A stretch of DNA of 63,853 bases, filler included, from Vannella sp. (taxonomy: Eukaryota), in assembly GCA_023345925.1 (NCBI GenBank). It is 6 parts of 6 records of this genome, joined end to end, with 100 filler letters (N's around TTAATTAATTAA, not from the genome) between each part and the next. Parts side by side here need not be neighbours in the genome. Positions count along the whole stretch, not along the records: positions 18,150 to 31,465 come from JAJQQN010001344.1; positions 31,566 to 46,228 come from JAJQQN010001282.1; 4 more parts are not named here. One strand, 5' to 3'. Under the pieces are notes generated by a model. The model was given only the letters and a program-made list of their open reading frames with translations, was not told the origin of the DNA and did no database searches. Numbering within the stretch: the first letter of the stretch is position 1; each line of letters begins with the position of its first letter. This document shows, one piece after another, positions 22,247 through 34,084 of the stretch. The translations under genes were made by a program, and so were the position numbers.

Positions 22247-24313
22247 ATGGCCGAGGTGAGGTGTTCTGGTGCTCTGGCGAGGACAGCTTCTTATTTGACT
22301 GCAGACAAGCTCTTCCCAATTGCCCTACAAGTACTCCAAGAGTGCTTGCAATGGCCGGTGGGTCTTCTGAGTGTTGGTCTGGTGTGCTTCTGATCGCTTG
22401 TGGTAGGATCCTGTTGAAGGACATCTTTAGTCGAGAGGACCAAGGAAAGGGTCTGATTGGAGATGAAATCACCATTGCTGGTTGGGTGCGGACTGGCAGA
22501 GATGCTGAGAAGGGCGCTTTGGCCTTCCTCGCTGTAAGCGACGGAACCTGCCCCAATATCCTTCAGGTGATCGTCAGTTCGGATATCTACAACCTCAAAG
22601 AGATTCTCCCCAGCGGTACTTCGATCAGTGTCACTGGAAATCTCGTGGAGAGCCCTGGAAAGGGTCAGAGTGTTGAGCTGAAGGCGACCAAAGTGAACTT
22701 TGTTGGAACCTGCGATGCTGCAACCTTCCCACTGGCACCAAAGGCTCATACTTTGGAGTACCTTAGATCTGTGGCCCATCTCCGCCCCAGATCCAACCTG
22801 GTGAGTCCCTCCTTTGCCCTCAACATCCTCAAGCTGACAAGTTACAGTTCTCCTCCGTCTTCCGGGTCAGAAACGCTTTGGCCAATGCCACTCACATCTT
22901 CTACCAAGAGAGAGACTTCATCTACAACCATTCACCCATTATCACAGCCAGCGACTGCGAGGGTGCAGGGGAGATGTTCCAGGTCAGCACTCTGCTCCCT
23001 CCCAAGGGTTCCCCTGTGAAGGACAAGGAGGGACCCGATGCAGAGGCCATCGCAGAAGCCACGTATGTGACATCGCCCTCTTGGAAGAGGATCATCTAAC
23101 TGTGGACTAGCCAAGCGGTGGAGCAGATTGGTAACGAGATCCGTTCCATGAAGGAGTCAAAGGCTGGCAAGAGCGATATCAAGAAGGCTGTAGAGAAGCT
23201 GGGAGTCGCCAAATCAAAGGTATCTGAACTGAGTGCAGTCCCCAACAAGGTCGGCGGCCTTCCCCAAACAGAGAGTCACGAGATCGACTACTCTCGAGAC
23301 TTCTTCGGGTCACCTGCTTTCCTCACCGTATCTGGGCAACTCCAAGCCGAGATCTTTGCCTGCTCTATGGTAAGTGGAAGCCTGGCGCCCGCCCACTCCT
23401 CTCATCGTCTCTTAGTCCAACGTGTACACCTTCGGACCAACCTTCCGCGCAGAGGACTCTCATACCTCCAGGCATCTGGCCGAGTTCTGGATGATTGAGC
23501 CAGAGGTAGCCTTTGCTGATCTCAACGTGAGTGCCAGTCAACAGGAGATTGATCCTCTTCTCACTGGTTGTCCTTGAACGCAGGATCTGATGCAACTGGC
23601 GGAGGACTACGTCCGATTCTGCTGCCAATATGTGCTTAAGCACAACAAGCTCGATCTGGAGCTGATTGACGAGTGGGTGAAGAACAAGGCTGCTCGTGAC
23701 GCCAAGCAGAAGAAGAAGGAATTGGAGGGCTCCGCCCGCACCTTCACTGAACCTGCAGTGACTCGTTTAGAGAAGATTGCCAACTCTGACTTCACCCGAA
23801 TCACCTACACGGAGGCAATTGAGGTGTTGAACAAGTCTGGAAAGTTCGGTGTCGTTGAATGGGGCATTGATCTGCCCTCCACGCACGAGCGATACCTGGC
23901 AGAAGAGGTTTACAATGGACCTGTGATCGTGTACAACTACCCCAAGGGCATCAAGGCTTTCTACATGCGTGCCAACGACGATGGAAAGACAGTGGCTGCT
24001 ATGGACGTTCTCTGTCCACAGATCGGTGAGCTTATTGGTGGATCACAGAGGTGAGGCAATCTGCGCGTGGCACCCCTCCCAAGCTCACACCGCCAACAGA
24101 GAAGAGAGATTTGATGCAATGCAAGGTCGCATGAAAGAGCTGGGCTTGGAGGAGGAGCACTTCTGGTGGTACATGGATCTCCGCAAGTATGGCACTGTCC
24201 CTCACGCTGGCTTTGGTCTCGGATTCGAGCGCCTCGTCATGTTTGCAACAGGAATGGAGAACATCCGCGACGTGATTCCTTTCCCTCGTTTCCCTCAAAG
24301 TTGCACTTTTTAA
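22247..24313 (+). CDS. asnS: Asparaginyl-tRNA synthetase (bacterial/plant-cytosolic type) with internal WHEP-like insert, multi-exon
   Basis: [98 protein letters not shown]. Confidence 0.96.
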
Positions 24314-24386
24314 TTGCCCTTGGCCCCGTGCTGGACCAATAAAAGCGGACTTTGGGAGGACTGTATCGGAGCACTTTGTTGCCTCC

Positions 24387-25963
24387 ATGGCTGGCCGCAC
24401 AATGCTCCGCTCTGCCGCCTCGGCTTCTTTCCGATACCAGTGCTCCTCTGTGGGTGTCTCGTCGTATTTGCGAACCTATGAAGGTGCTCTGTGAAGCTAA
24501 TAGTCAGGGAAGGTGGCGCCCGTTCGTGGTCTCTTCTACCAGTCCAAACGCTTCAAGCCGGAGATCGCCTTTGTTATCAACGACTTTGGAGGTGCTGAGA
24601 CAGTCCAGAGTGGAGAGCTGAAAGAGTGGTTCAAGAGTAAGGAGTGGCTGGGCACTGATTTGCAGGGTCCAACCTCCAGAGCGATTAACTTTGGCGCCCA
24701 GAGGAGGGAGACTTTGTAGAAGTCGACGAGGAGATCTGCAGCATCGAAACAGAGAAGATCGCTGTCATCCCCACCTCAGCTAACGCTGGTGTTCTCAAAC
24801 GCTTTTTCAAGCAAGCGGGCGACACTGTCGAGAAGGGTGAGGGAGGCTTCTCTTTTTTCCTATTTTCTTCGACTCACGCTCTTGCAGGTGACCAGTTGTG
24901 GGTGATTGACACCGATGCTAAGAAGGAGAGCAAAAAGGAGGCGCCACCGCAGGCAGTGGAGACCAAACAAGAGGCTCCCAAGAAGGCTGCAGCCCCGGAA
25001 GCTCCCAAGAAGGATGCTCCTAAGAAGGCACCTGCGCCTAAGGAGGCAAAGAGCGCCCCTGGCTCCGAGACTCGCGTAAGCTTTCTTGAGCGAGAGCGTT
25101 TGGAAAGTCTAACTCTCCCTCCAGGTCAAGATGAGCCAAATGCGCGCTCGCATTGCTGAACGTCTGAAGGATTCGCAGAACACAGCTGCTATGCTCACCA
25201 CCTTCCAAGAGGTGCGAGGAAGGTGCTGTCTTTGGAGGAGACTAACTGGGTGCTGGTAGTGCGATATGTCCGCTCTCATGCAACTTAGAAACGACTACAA
25301 GGACGCCTTTGCTGCCACCCACGGTGCTAAGCTTGGCTTTATGTCTTGCTTTGTCAAGGCCTCTTCCAATGCTCTCCTGAAGGAGCGCAGTGTGAACGCT
25401 TTCATCGATGGCAACGAGATTGTTTACAAGGATTACGTGGACATCAACATTGCAGTTGCCACCCCAACTGGCTTGGTAACTCCCGTTCTTCGTGACTGTG
25501 ACAAGATGAGCTTTGCTGAGATCGAAGCCGAGATCGCCGCCCTTGGAGAGAAGGCCCGCAAAGGCAGAGTGAGTCGATCCTTTAAGAAACAACGTTATCA
25601 CACTGCTGACACTCTCCTCTAGATCACCATTCCTGATCTGGAGGCTGGAACCTTTACCATCTCCAACGGTGGAGTCTATGGGTCCATGATGGGCACTCCC
25701 ATCATCAACCCTCCCCAATCAGCCATCTTGGGTATGCACGGGATCACCAAGAGAGCCGTCGTAGTCAACGACCAGGTGAGCTTTCGGCCATCCAGAATGA
25801 TCAAAGCGAGGACTGACCCCGACTTTAGATCGTCATTAGACCCATGATGTACCTTGCGTTGACTTATGACCACCGCCTTCTAGACGGCAAGACAGCGGTC
25901 ACGTTCCTGAAGAGCATCAAGGATTCTGTCGAGGACCCGCGAAGACTCCTCCTCGACATTTGA
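24387..25963 (+). CDS. DLST: 2-oxoglutarate dehydrogenase E2 (dihydrolipoyl succinyltransferase), mitochondrial, multi-exon
   Basis: Arg-rich presequence; lipoyl domain (IETEK); AP/K linker; [52 protein letters not shown]; stop at 25961-25963. Confidence 0.96.
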
Positions 25964-26119
25964 TTGGACGAATAAAATCCTTCTTTGGGAAAATAGCAGG
26001 TGCTCATTGGTCAAAGTCGGTCCATTCTTTGAACTGGTTCTCCGTGAGTCTTCTATTGGCTCAGGAGTTCTTCGGCTTAAGCGGAGGAAGTCGAACATAT
26101 TCTGTCTTCCCCTCGTTTC

Positions 26120-27247
26120 ATGGGTACGTCTGCTTCAACAGTACACAACGGTGCTGCTCGTCCATTAAATGATCAACCTTTCAATGCATCATCACCGGGC
26201 CCCTGCCTGGTCCACCCTCGTGGAGGGGGTCCGTATGTAAACCACTCGCACATCCTTCCTTCGAGATCTCCGTTACAAAACCCAGGATCTTCATCAGACA
26301 GCTCAAGCCCTCCAGAAGAAAGCGACTACATCCTAGACTCGAGCCTCACCGACCAGTTCCTCTCCGCAGAAGGAGCTCTGTTTTACTCCGAACCTGAACC
26401 CCCCGTCCAACGTTCTGAGGAACCAGAAGATGGATACCGATGGAGAAAGTACGGAAGCAAAACAGGAAGAAAGGCGAGCCGTTGCTACTACAAATGTTGC
26501 CACGTTGGATGTACCGCGAAGAAGATTACTGAAGTTGCAAACAACGGTCAAAGCACGTCTCACAATGTGATGTACAAGGAGTCTCACAACCACGATGCTC
26601 CTTCCGTCACTCGTTCGGTTGTTCAAACACAGCAAGGTCTCCGTACCTCCGTCCTGTCAACGATAGCGGTTCGTTACTCTCCTGAGTAGTTTATTCCGTT
26701 CTAACCTCTCTCTCAGAACGCCCACTCCGCACTGAGGAATGAGAACAACCCTCTGCCCAAGGTTATCGTTGAGATGGCCTCCCAGGTTAGTCCCTTTGAG
26801 GACGGATTCAGTTGGCGAAAGTATGGACAGAAGGCTGTAAGACTATCTCTACGTGTTCTCCTTCTTGTCTAACAGAGGTGGTCATCGTAGGTCAAAGGCA
26901 GCAAGTTTCCTCGGAGTTACTTCAAGTGCACCCATGAGGGTTGCCTAGTGAAGAAGCAAGTCGAAGAAAGTGAAGATCATCATACCAATACGTATGAGGG
27001 GATCCATCAGCACCCCATGGTGGAGGAAGGATCCGGAGCTGACAATCAACACCTCTTCCAAAATCACCCTGTTGGAGAGAAGCGCCAACGCGTCCTACAA
27101 CCAGACCAGCAATGGGAACAACGAAAGAGATTCATTGCAGAAGATGCCGAAGGGTCCGCACCACGAAGCGAAACGAATTACAACTTCTCCTCCAACGACG
27201 AACTCCTTTTCAACTTCAACTCTCACTCTCACATGGGTCACATGTGA
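26120..27247 (+). CDS. WRKY: WRKY transcription factor with two WRKY/C2H2 domains (group I architecture)
   Basis: Domain 1 EDGYRWRKYGSK..YYKCCHVGC..YKESHNH. Domain 2 [38 protein letters not shown]. Introns 26669-26716 and 26837-26890. Confidence 0.95.
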
Positions 27248-27758
27248 CCCAACCAGCTCCGTGGTTCACTTCTGTAGATAAACTGACCTCCCACCTCATC
27301 CGTTCCTCCAACACCTTCCTCCAAGGAGATCCATCGGCTGGCTCCGTGGCCAAACTGACCCGGAGCTGACTGCTTTCTTTAAAAAGGGTGTTTTACACGC
27401 CACTAGGATGCAAAACAACGGGCGTTCCCCGATTACTCCAACAGAACAGCGCCTCCCGATTGGGCGAGGGCTCGGACTCACTTTAGGGTAGACCTTACCA
27501 TTTGTAGTTTTATAGGTTAATCACTTAGCGGGACCTTTCTCCACCGTTCTCATCACATGATGGTAACCTCACTTGATTGTGAGTAACAGTGCAAGGCTTG
27601 CCAAAGCAAACTCACATGAGAAGGATCTGGTTTGGAGCCTGTCAATACGATAAAAAGGTGAATCGTGGTAATAATCACCAAAGCTCCCAATCAAGTGCTC
27701 TTCATTTATTCTCTGAGGGCTCAGTTTCCTTTCCGCCGTTGTTGGTGTCCTCGCGATC

Positions 27759-28355
27759 ATGGCAGATCCCATCAAGTTTGTTCTCACCGGAGACATTGCG
27801 ACCGGAAAGACAGCTATCATCAAACGTTTCGCCGAAGGCACCTACGAAGAGGATGCTGCGCCCTCCATGTGCGACTTTATGGACAAGACCGTGACTGTGG
27901 GCGGAAAAGAGCACTGCTTGCAAATCTGGGATACCGCAGGACAAGAGAGATTTCGTACAGTTACTTCTTCTTTCTACAAGGGCGCCAAGGTGGTGGCCTT
28001 CGTGTTTGATGTAACCAAAGAGGAGAGCTTTTTCAACCTCCAACACTGGATCACAGAGGTCGACCGCTGCGCTGCAGAAACAGCAGAAAAAGTCCTTATT
28101 GCCAACAAGATCGATCTAGACGAGGAACGAGTCGTCTCGAGAGAAACGGCTGAGGCGCATGCTGAGGAACTTGGCATCGAATACTTTGAGGTGTCCGCTA
28201 AGGACGGAACGAACATTGATTCCTGCTTCAAGTCGATTGTACAGTCCATTGTCTCTGCCCAACCACCCCCCAAAAACTTGAGTACCGTGCGGGTTGGCAA
28301 TCAACGGCCCGGTGAAGAGGTGAAGAAGAAGAAGGGGCTCTGCATCTTATTGTAA
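27759..28355 (+). CDS. Rab-family small GTPase (divergent, Rab1-like), intronless
   Basis: GDIATGKT, WDTAGQERFRTVTSSFYKGA, ANKID, EVSAK; C-terminal KKKKGLCILL. Confidence 0.93.
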   Translation: MADPIKFVLTGDIATGKTAIIKRFAEGTYEEDAAPSMCDFMDKTVTVGGKEHCLQIWDTAGQERFRTVTSSFYKGAKVVAFVFDVTKEESFFNLQHWITEVDRCAAETAEKVLIANKIDLDEERVVSRETAEAHAEELGIEYFEVSAKDGTNIDSCFKSIVQSIVSAQPPPKNLSTVRVGNQRPGEEVKKKKGLCILL

Positions 28356-28781
28356 GATCTCCTCTTTGTTTCAGTGTACAATAGACCAACGGAGCTACCC
28401 GTCCCTTAGAGGTTCTTAAATAAACAAAAAATACTTGAGTGAAGCTCTCCGCCACTCTGCTCCTCTCCCCTCCACTTCATCCACAATGGTGCTCATGCAC
28501 TGTTGGATCTCATGTTCAACACTCACTCACACAGAGACGTACTTGCGGATCCCATAAGCGAGGATTCACCCACGTGTGGTGCCGAGAGGAACCTCAACCT
28601 CATCATTAAAAGTTTTCGTAATCACTGAGAACGATCATCACTCGTGGGAAGCATCTAATTGCTTCTCTCGTATGAGCTCAGTGTCAGAGGAACCGGATTT
28701 TGTCTGACCTTCGGCTTTAATTGGGTTGGTCGAAAGGTCCTGTAATTATCCGAACATTCCGCCTCCTTTTCTATCATTCTC

Positions 28782-30208
28782 ATGGGCGCCTCCTTCTCAG
28801 TGTGGCTGTCAGCCGGTGCTGTGGCTCTACTGACAGTGAGCTATTGGGCTTACTGCAAAACGGTGCATCCCAAGTGAGTAGGCGAGATGTGCTGTTTGAA
28901 CGCGCGTTTGACTGTCACAGACGGAAGAATGGACTCGAGACTGTGGCGGTGACAGGAGCCTTGAGGCCCATTAACTTTGTGTTTGATGTTGTCCGAGGAA
29001 CCACTGGCGTTGCTATCATCAAGATCAAGGAGGAGGAATTCATCACAGAGGCGAAGAGGATCGCTGCGCTGACAGACTCCGAGTTGTTCGGTCCTCAGGA
29101 TGACTTTGTTGATGCAGTGACCCGATTCGTGACTGCTCCTAACCAAAAGCTGATGAGTGCATCTGGTATTCTCCTATTCAATGGCCTAGTACGCCGTATT
29201 CTCAGCACACGATGCAGTGTGATCGAGTACATTCAACAGAACCGCGAAGAGGTTCTCTCAGCACCTTTGGTGAGACCAGTGATCATCTCGGGCCTCCCTC
29301 GTACTGGTAGTACCATGTTGTACAACCTCATGTCGTGTGACCCAGTGGCAAGAGCTCCTCGTTTCTTCGAGCTCTCGCAGATGGCCAACCCCACTCCGCC
29401 TGTGACTTCGCACGAAGACAGAGAGAAAGACCCTCGTATCAAGCAAGTCATGGATCGCTTCGATGAGACGGAACGGCTGTATCCAGGCATGTGGACAGAA
29501 GCTGGCAAGTCCCATCGATCGCATCCGAACGAGATTGAAGAGGATCTGCTGGTATTGCTTCACTCTTTCACCATGCAGCTCCATGTCTCTTTGGCAGATG
29601 GTGCTGGGTATCGTGAATGGTACGAACGCACCGATAATAAGGACTTTGCCTACATCTACCACCGTCTCTTCTTCCAGATGCTCAACTCAGCTTGGAAACC
29701 CACCTCTCATTGGGTGCTTAAAGCACCTATTCATGCAACCTACCTTGACGCGATGATGAAGCAGTTCCCAGACGCTCGAGTGATTCTCACTCACCGCGAG
29801 CCTCAAGAGGTTGTGCCTTCGTGGGCTCGCCTATTAGAGAGCTACATCAACTGGAGCTATCTTCCTTACGCATGTGACAGGGTCATCTATGGCCGATACA
29901 TCCTGGACTCGCTGATCCTCTGTGTCGAACGAATGAAGGATTGGTGTTCTCGAACGGACAGCAAGCTCTATGTGAACGTGGTCTACAGCGAGATGATCAA
30001 GGACCCCATCGCCATGGTCGAGAAGATCTACAAACACTTCGACTTGCAAATGACGGAGGAGTTTCGGGAGAACATGCGCGAGTGGATCAAGGACAACCGC
30101 CAAGGCAAATGGGGCCGCAGGGAGTACTCTCTGGCGGACTACGAGCTTACAAAAGAACAGATTGAGCGTGAACTTAGCACGTACAGGGATACTTTCTTCT
30201 CCAGATAA
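28782..30208 (+). CDS. Sulfotransferase (Sulfotransfer_3/bacterial-like family) with N-terminal membrane anchor
   Basis: Exon 1 MGASFSVWLSAGAVALLTVSYWAY; 5'-PSB motif ISGLPRTGSTML; WVLKAPIH; 3'-PB motif THREPQEVVPSW. Confidence 0.88.
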
Positions 30209-30497
30209 ACAAACTTGATCCCTCTCGAACAGCATCCCAAAGACTTTGCGCCACGCTGGGAAAGAGCTTTGCCGGGCGTTGTACTGACGCTTTCTGCAGT
30301 GGCATGAGTGGTTGTCGTTGTGCTCATCACAGTGAGCAGAAGGAGATGTGGGGATAGCAGGGCTTTGATGACGTTATTGACGAAGGACCTCTCATCGGTC
30401 ACCCTGTTGTGGTGTGTCCAAGGAAGTCTCTGATCCAAAGAGATGTTCTCAAAAGGTAAAGGAAACAAATTTATCCAAACATCAAGGTACAGCGGGC

Positions 30498-31079
30498 TTA
30501 CTTGCGAGCAGGCGACTTCGACTTGCGTGCGGGCTGCTTTCGGACAGGGGACTTAGAGGTGTCCTTCTTGGCTGCGGCTTTCTTGGCAGGAGCCTTCTTG
30601 GGTGCGGGGGACTTGGAGGTGTCCTTCTTGGCGGCCTTCTTGGCAGGCGCTTTCTTCACGGGAGCTTTCTTAGGTGCTGGTGATTTGGAGGTGTCCTTCT
30701 TGGCAGCCTTCTTGGCGGGGGCTTTCTTTGCAGGTGCCTTCTTAGGCTCAGGGGATTCAGAGTCCTCAGCCTTTGACCTTGTGGGAGACTTGGCTTTGCG
30801 TGAGGGCTGTTTGCGGACAGGGGAAGGCTTGGACTCAGCTTTCTTCGCTGCAGCCTTCTTCACGGGCTTCTTGGCAGGAGACTTGCTTCTTCCTGGTGAT
30901 CGGCCACGTGTGGGTGATTTGCTTCGTGCTTCACGCTTCTCCTCCTTCTCAATGAACTTGGCAGCATCCGCAGCGGCTTCGCCATCCGCACGCGATGCGG
31001 GGCTCTTGCTTCGAGTTGTCTTGGCTTTTTTGGGGACAGGGGACTTGGAGCGGCCCTCAGCAGCACGTTTCGGTGGCAT
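30498..31079 (-). CDS. Lys/Ala/Pro-rich basic protein, linker-histone-H1-like without globular domain
   Basis: 193 aa starting MPPKR, with about a dozen SP motifs and repeated KKAPAKK/AAKKDTSKSP units. No hydrophobic winged-helix core. Confidence 0.65.
   Translation of the reverse strand: MPPKRAAEGRSKSPVPKKAKTTRSKSPASRADGEAAADAAKFIEKEEKREARSKSPTRGRSPGRSKSPAKKPVKKAAAKKAESKPSPVRKQPSRKAKSPTRSKAEDSESPEPKKAPAKKAPAKKAAKKDTSKSPAPKKAPVKKAPAKKAAKKDTSKSPAPKKAPAKKAAAKKDTSKSPVRKQPARKSKSPARK
30540..30750 (-). repeat. Coding tandem repeat (about 3 imperfect copies) in the H1-like gene
   Basis: PKKAP(A/V)KK(APAKK)AAKKDTSKSP repeated three times; on the + strand gaggtgtccttcttggc recurs. Confidence 0.85.
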
Positions 31080-31465
31080 TCGAGTGATAAAGTAGTCTCA
31101 AACCGTTACGCAATCCTTAAGAACACGGAAGAAGAAGCTAATTGGTCAGTTCAGAGCGAGTAGGATTTTGGGCCGTTGACGAATCTCTTTTTCTTGCGCA
31201 AAATGCCCATTTCTTTGTTGAGTTGTGGCACCGAGATGCGCCCATATCCGTCACTCATCCCTATGAACACTCGTACAGTTGAAACAACAGATCCTAAGAA
31301 TACACGGAAGCTGACTTTCTAGGAGGACATGGTCGTTTGTTAACAAAACTAACCCTTTGATCCCTCGTACAGTGTTGCCTTTGAGCGGCACGCATAACTT
31401 CTGCCTCAAGTGAACCCTCGGACACGAAATTTCCGTCTAGGAGAGGGAAAGCAGACGAGAAAAAG

Positions 31466-31565
31466 NNNNNNNNNNNNNNNNNNNNNNNNNNNNNNNNNNN
31501 NNNNNNNNNTTAATTAATTAANNNNNNNNNNNNNNNNNNNNNNNNNNNNNNNNNNNNNNNNNNNN
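31466..31565. other. Artificial contig-join spacer
   Basis: N44-TTAATTAATTAA-N44. Confidence 0.99.
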
Positions 31566-33960
31566 TGGAAGACAATGCGCACTCCGCCCTTCTCAAAGGC
31601 TGTCAGAGGTGGTAAAGGCGCTTCCATCCCTCCCAGGCCCCCAAGACCTCCCGAGCCAGTGGATGCAGGAGCAGCTTGATCCATTAAGGGCTGAACAGGC
31701 GAGATGCCTTGACCGTAACCGATGGGGGATGAGGGCATGGACATGGGGGACACAGACATGGGCATGGAGGACATCAGAGAAGGACTCTGTGCAGAGGGGG
31801 AACCCATCAAGTCCAAGAGACTTCCTCCAGAGGAGGAAGTGGAAGGAGCAGGAGAACCTAACAGATCCAGCAGGTTGGAGCCTGTAGCCACTGGAGCAGC
31901 GCTTCCACCTCCGAGGATGTCTGAGAGAAGGTCCTTGGCTGGTGGAGCTGGCTCACTCATCAGTGAGAGGAGCTCCTGTTGAGGTGCAGGAGCAGCAGCA
32001 CGCTCACGGCGCTCTGCAGCAGGCGCAGTTGTAGTGCCATCATCACTCGGCATGCCATCAAAGAGCTCTTCGCGCTCATGAGCGGGCATGTGATCGAGGA
32101 GCTCCTCGAGCTTCTCTGTTGTCATCGTAGTGAGAAGGCGAGCGTATTCGCATGACCGCTGCTGCAGCTCGAGCGTGAGACTGCCACGGTAAGTATCCAG
32201 GAGACTCAGGAACTTCTGTTTGATCTCCTCTGACTGCAGACGGTCCGTTAGCTTCAACATGGCAGTCAACGTGTACTGGCGTGTCTCCAACTCGCTCGCG
32301 GGATGCTTCAAGATCGTGTCGAGGATGAGGAAGATGTCATTCTCGGTGATCTCTTTGCCTCCAGCGAGGAGGAGGTCACCAAACTCTCCAATCACCCATA
32401 CTGCAGTGCAAACAAGGGCTTGGCGGGTGATGTCCTTCATCACTGCCAGGTAGAGCTTGTGCACGGCGTACGCTTGAAGCTCAGGTGTGTCCTGGATCAG
32501 ACGGATGGTGTTCGACACTGTCTCAGGCTGTACATAGTGGCCAGCAAGCGACATCACCTTCAGGATGGTGTCGATATGCCATTTGGGCGTGGGAGCGTAT
32601 CGGCGAGTTAGCAAACAGATCTGAGCGGTGATCTCCCCGCGGAACTCGACATCTGCAGCGATCAAGAAGTTGAGGAGCTCGCGCACCAACACCTTAATGT
32701 TCGACTGGTTAACGAGCGCGTAGGTCAGATCGAGTGCTCGCTTGCGGATGGAACTGTCGTGATCCTTCAAACACTCCACCACCGTTGCGCGGTGGCGTTG
32801 GACAGCCTGCAAGTCGACGTTAACCACACGTGTGAGCGTATTCAGCGCAACGTAGCGAATGTTGTTGTCCTTGTTCATGAGGAAGCGCCCGAGAATGTTG
32901 ATGGCCAGAACGCGCAGGCCGCTCTCTGAGTCAATGCTCATGATGGTCTGAACGCACTCGTACAGGATGGCGTTACCCACATTGCGGGTACTGTCCGTGT
33001 TGGTGGCAACTTGAGCGAGGATGTCGTTCATGGAGTCAGAGATCTCCGCATCGCCCTTCCCGAGGATACGGAGCAAGCAGAGGATCTTGACTTGCAAGAA
33101 GGGGTCGGTAATGCCGTTGACATCGTGTTCAGGAGCGTACCCGCTGGTCACGAGGTACTTGAGAACCTTCACCAGCTGCGGGGCTGCACGTTTGAAAGGT
33201 CCAATACTACGATCAGGCTCAGCCCGACAGATCTCAATCATGAGGGAGACCGCCGTAATGAGCACTCCGTGGTTTCGCTCGACCAACATAGGCCGAACCT
33301 TTGGAATGAACTGGTCCAGCAACTCTGGTACCTTTCGGACGATGCGAATGGCACAGAGAGTAGCCTTCTTGCGGATGTACGCGTTGGAGTGAGCCAGGAG
33401 CTTGATGACCTCTCCAGAAAGGTCCCGTGCAATACTTGACGAGGAGATGTTCGCCAGAGAGCATAAGGCCAAGCCAACAACATATTGATTCGGGTGGTTC
33501 AAGTCACTACGCCCCAACCAGGTCAGTTCCACCCTCGCGAACGCTTGCAAGCAAACAGAGCAAACCCCTTCATGCGGGGCCTCTCAGGCCCATAGAAGGC
33601 CAGCAACAAGCAAGACATATAAACAGGGAAGAGAACCTACTTTTTCAATGAGTTGGTGACGAGCATGAGAACCTCCTGGCGCTCATCAAGCAAAACCATA
33701 AGCGCGAGGTATCCCATTCGCTTGTCCCCGTACGAGTTGGACACAATAAGTCGCAGACACTCCATCTGAGCAAAGGAAGTGGGATAGCCCATCATGTGGA
33801 TGAAGATGAGCTTGGAAACGTTCCGCTTGCGATGGCCGTTCTCCTCCTCCTTAAAGCTCGTCCGGATAGCAGAAGACTCTTTCGAGATAACCTTCCGCTC
33901 CTCCGCTGCTGTCTTACATTGACGAACAAGCTTGATAAGTTCCCGCAGGCGAATGCTCAT
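31566..33960 (-). CDS. AP1G1: AP-1 complex gamma subunit (gamma-adaptin), 3'-truncated at contig end
   Basis: MSIRLRELIKLVRQCKTAAEER, LMLVTNSLK, HDVNGITDPFLQVKIL, NVGNAILYECV, NNIRYVALN, ELQQRSCEY; hinge with LLDLL-type clathrin boxes. Confidence 0.97.
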
Positions 33961-34084
33961 CCTTCCAGCCGGGCGGACCAGAAACTGCTCAGACTCACCT
34001 CTTTTCCACTCTAAACCCCTCAAAACGCTGATTCTTATCGATTGTATTGTGTTTTCAGCGGTTTGAGAGCATTTCCTCCAAGTA

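Noticed and set aside
28560..28680. Minus-strand GTGATGATCGTTCT resembling U3/box C snoRNA
   Set aside because: No box A/A' upstream and no properly placed terminal CTGA box D or closing stem was found. An Infernal/Rfam scan would be needed.
30502..31095. 197-aa plus-strand hydrophobic repeat ORF
   Set aside because: Antisense shadow of the Lys/Ala/Pro-rich H1-like gene.
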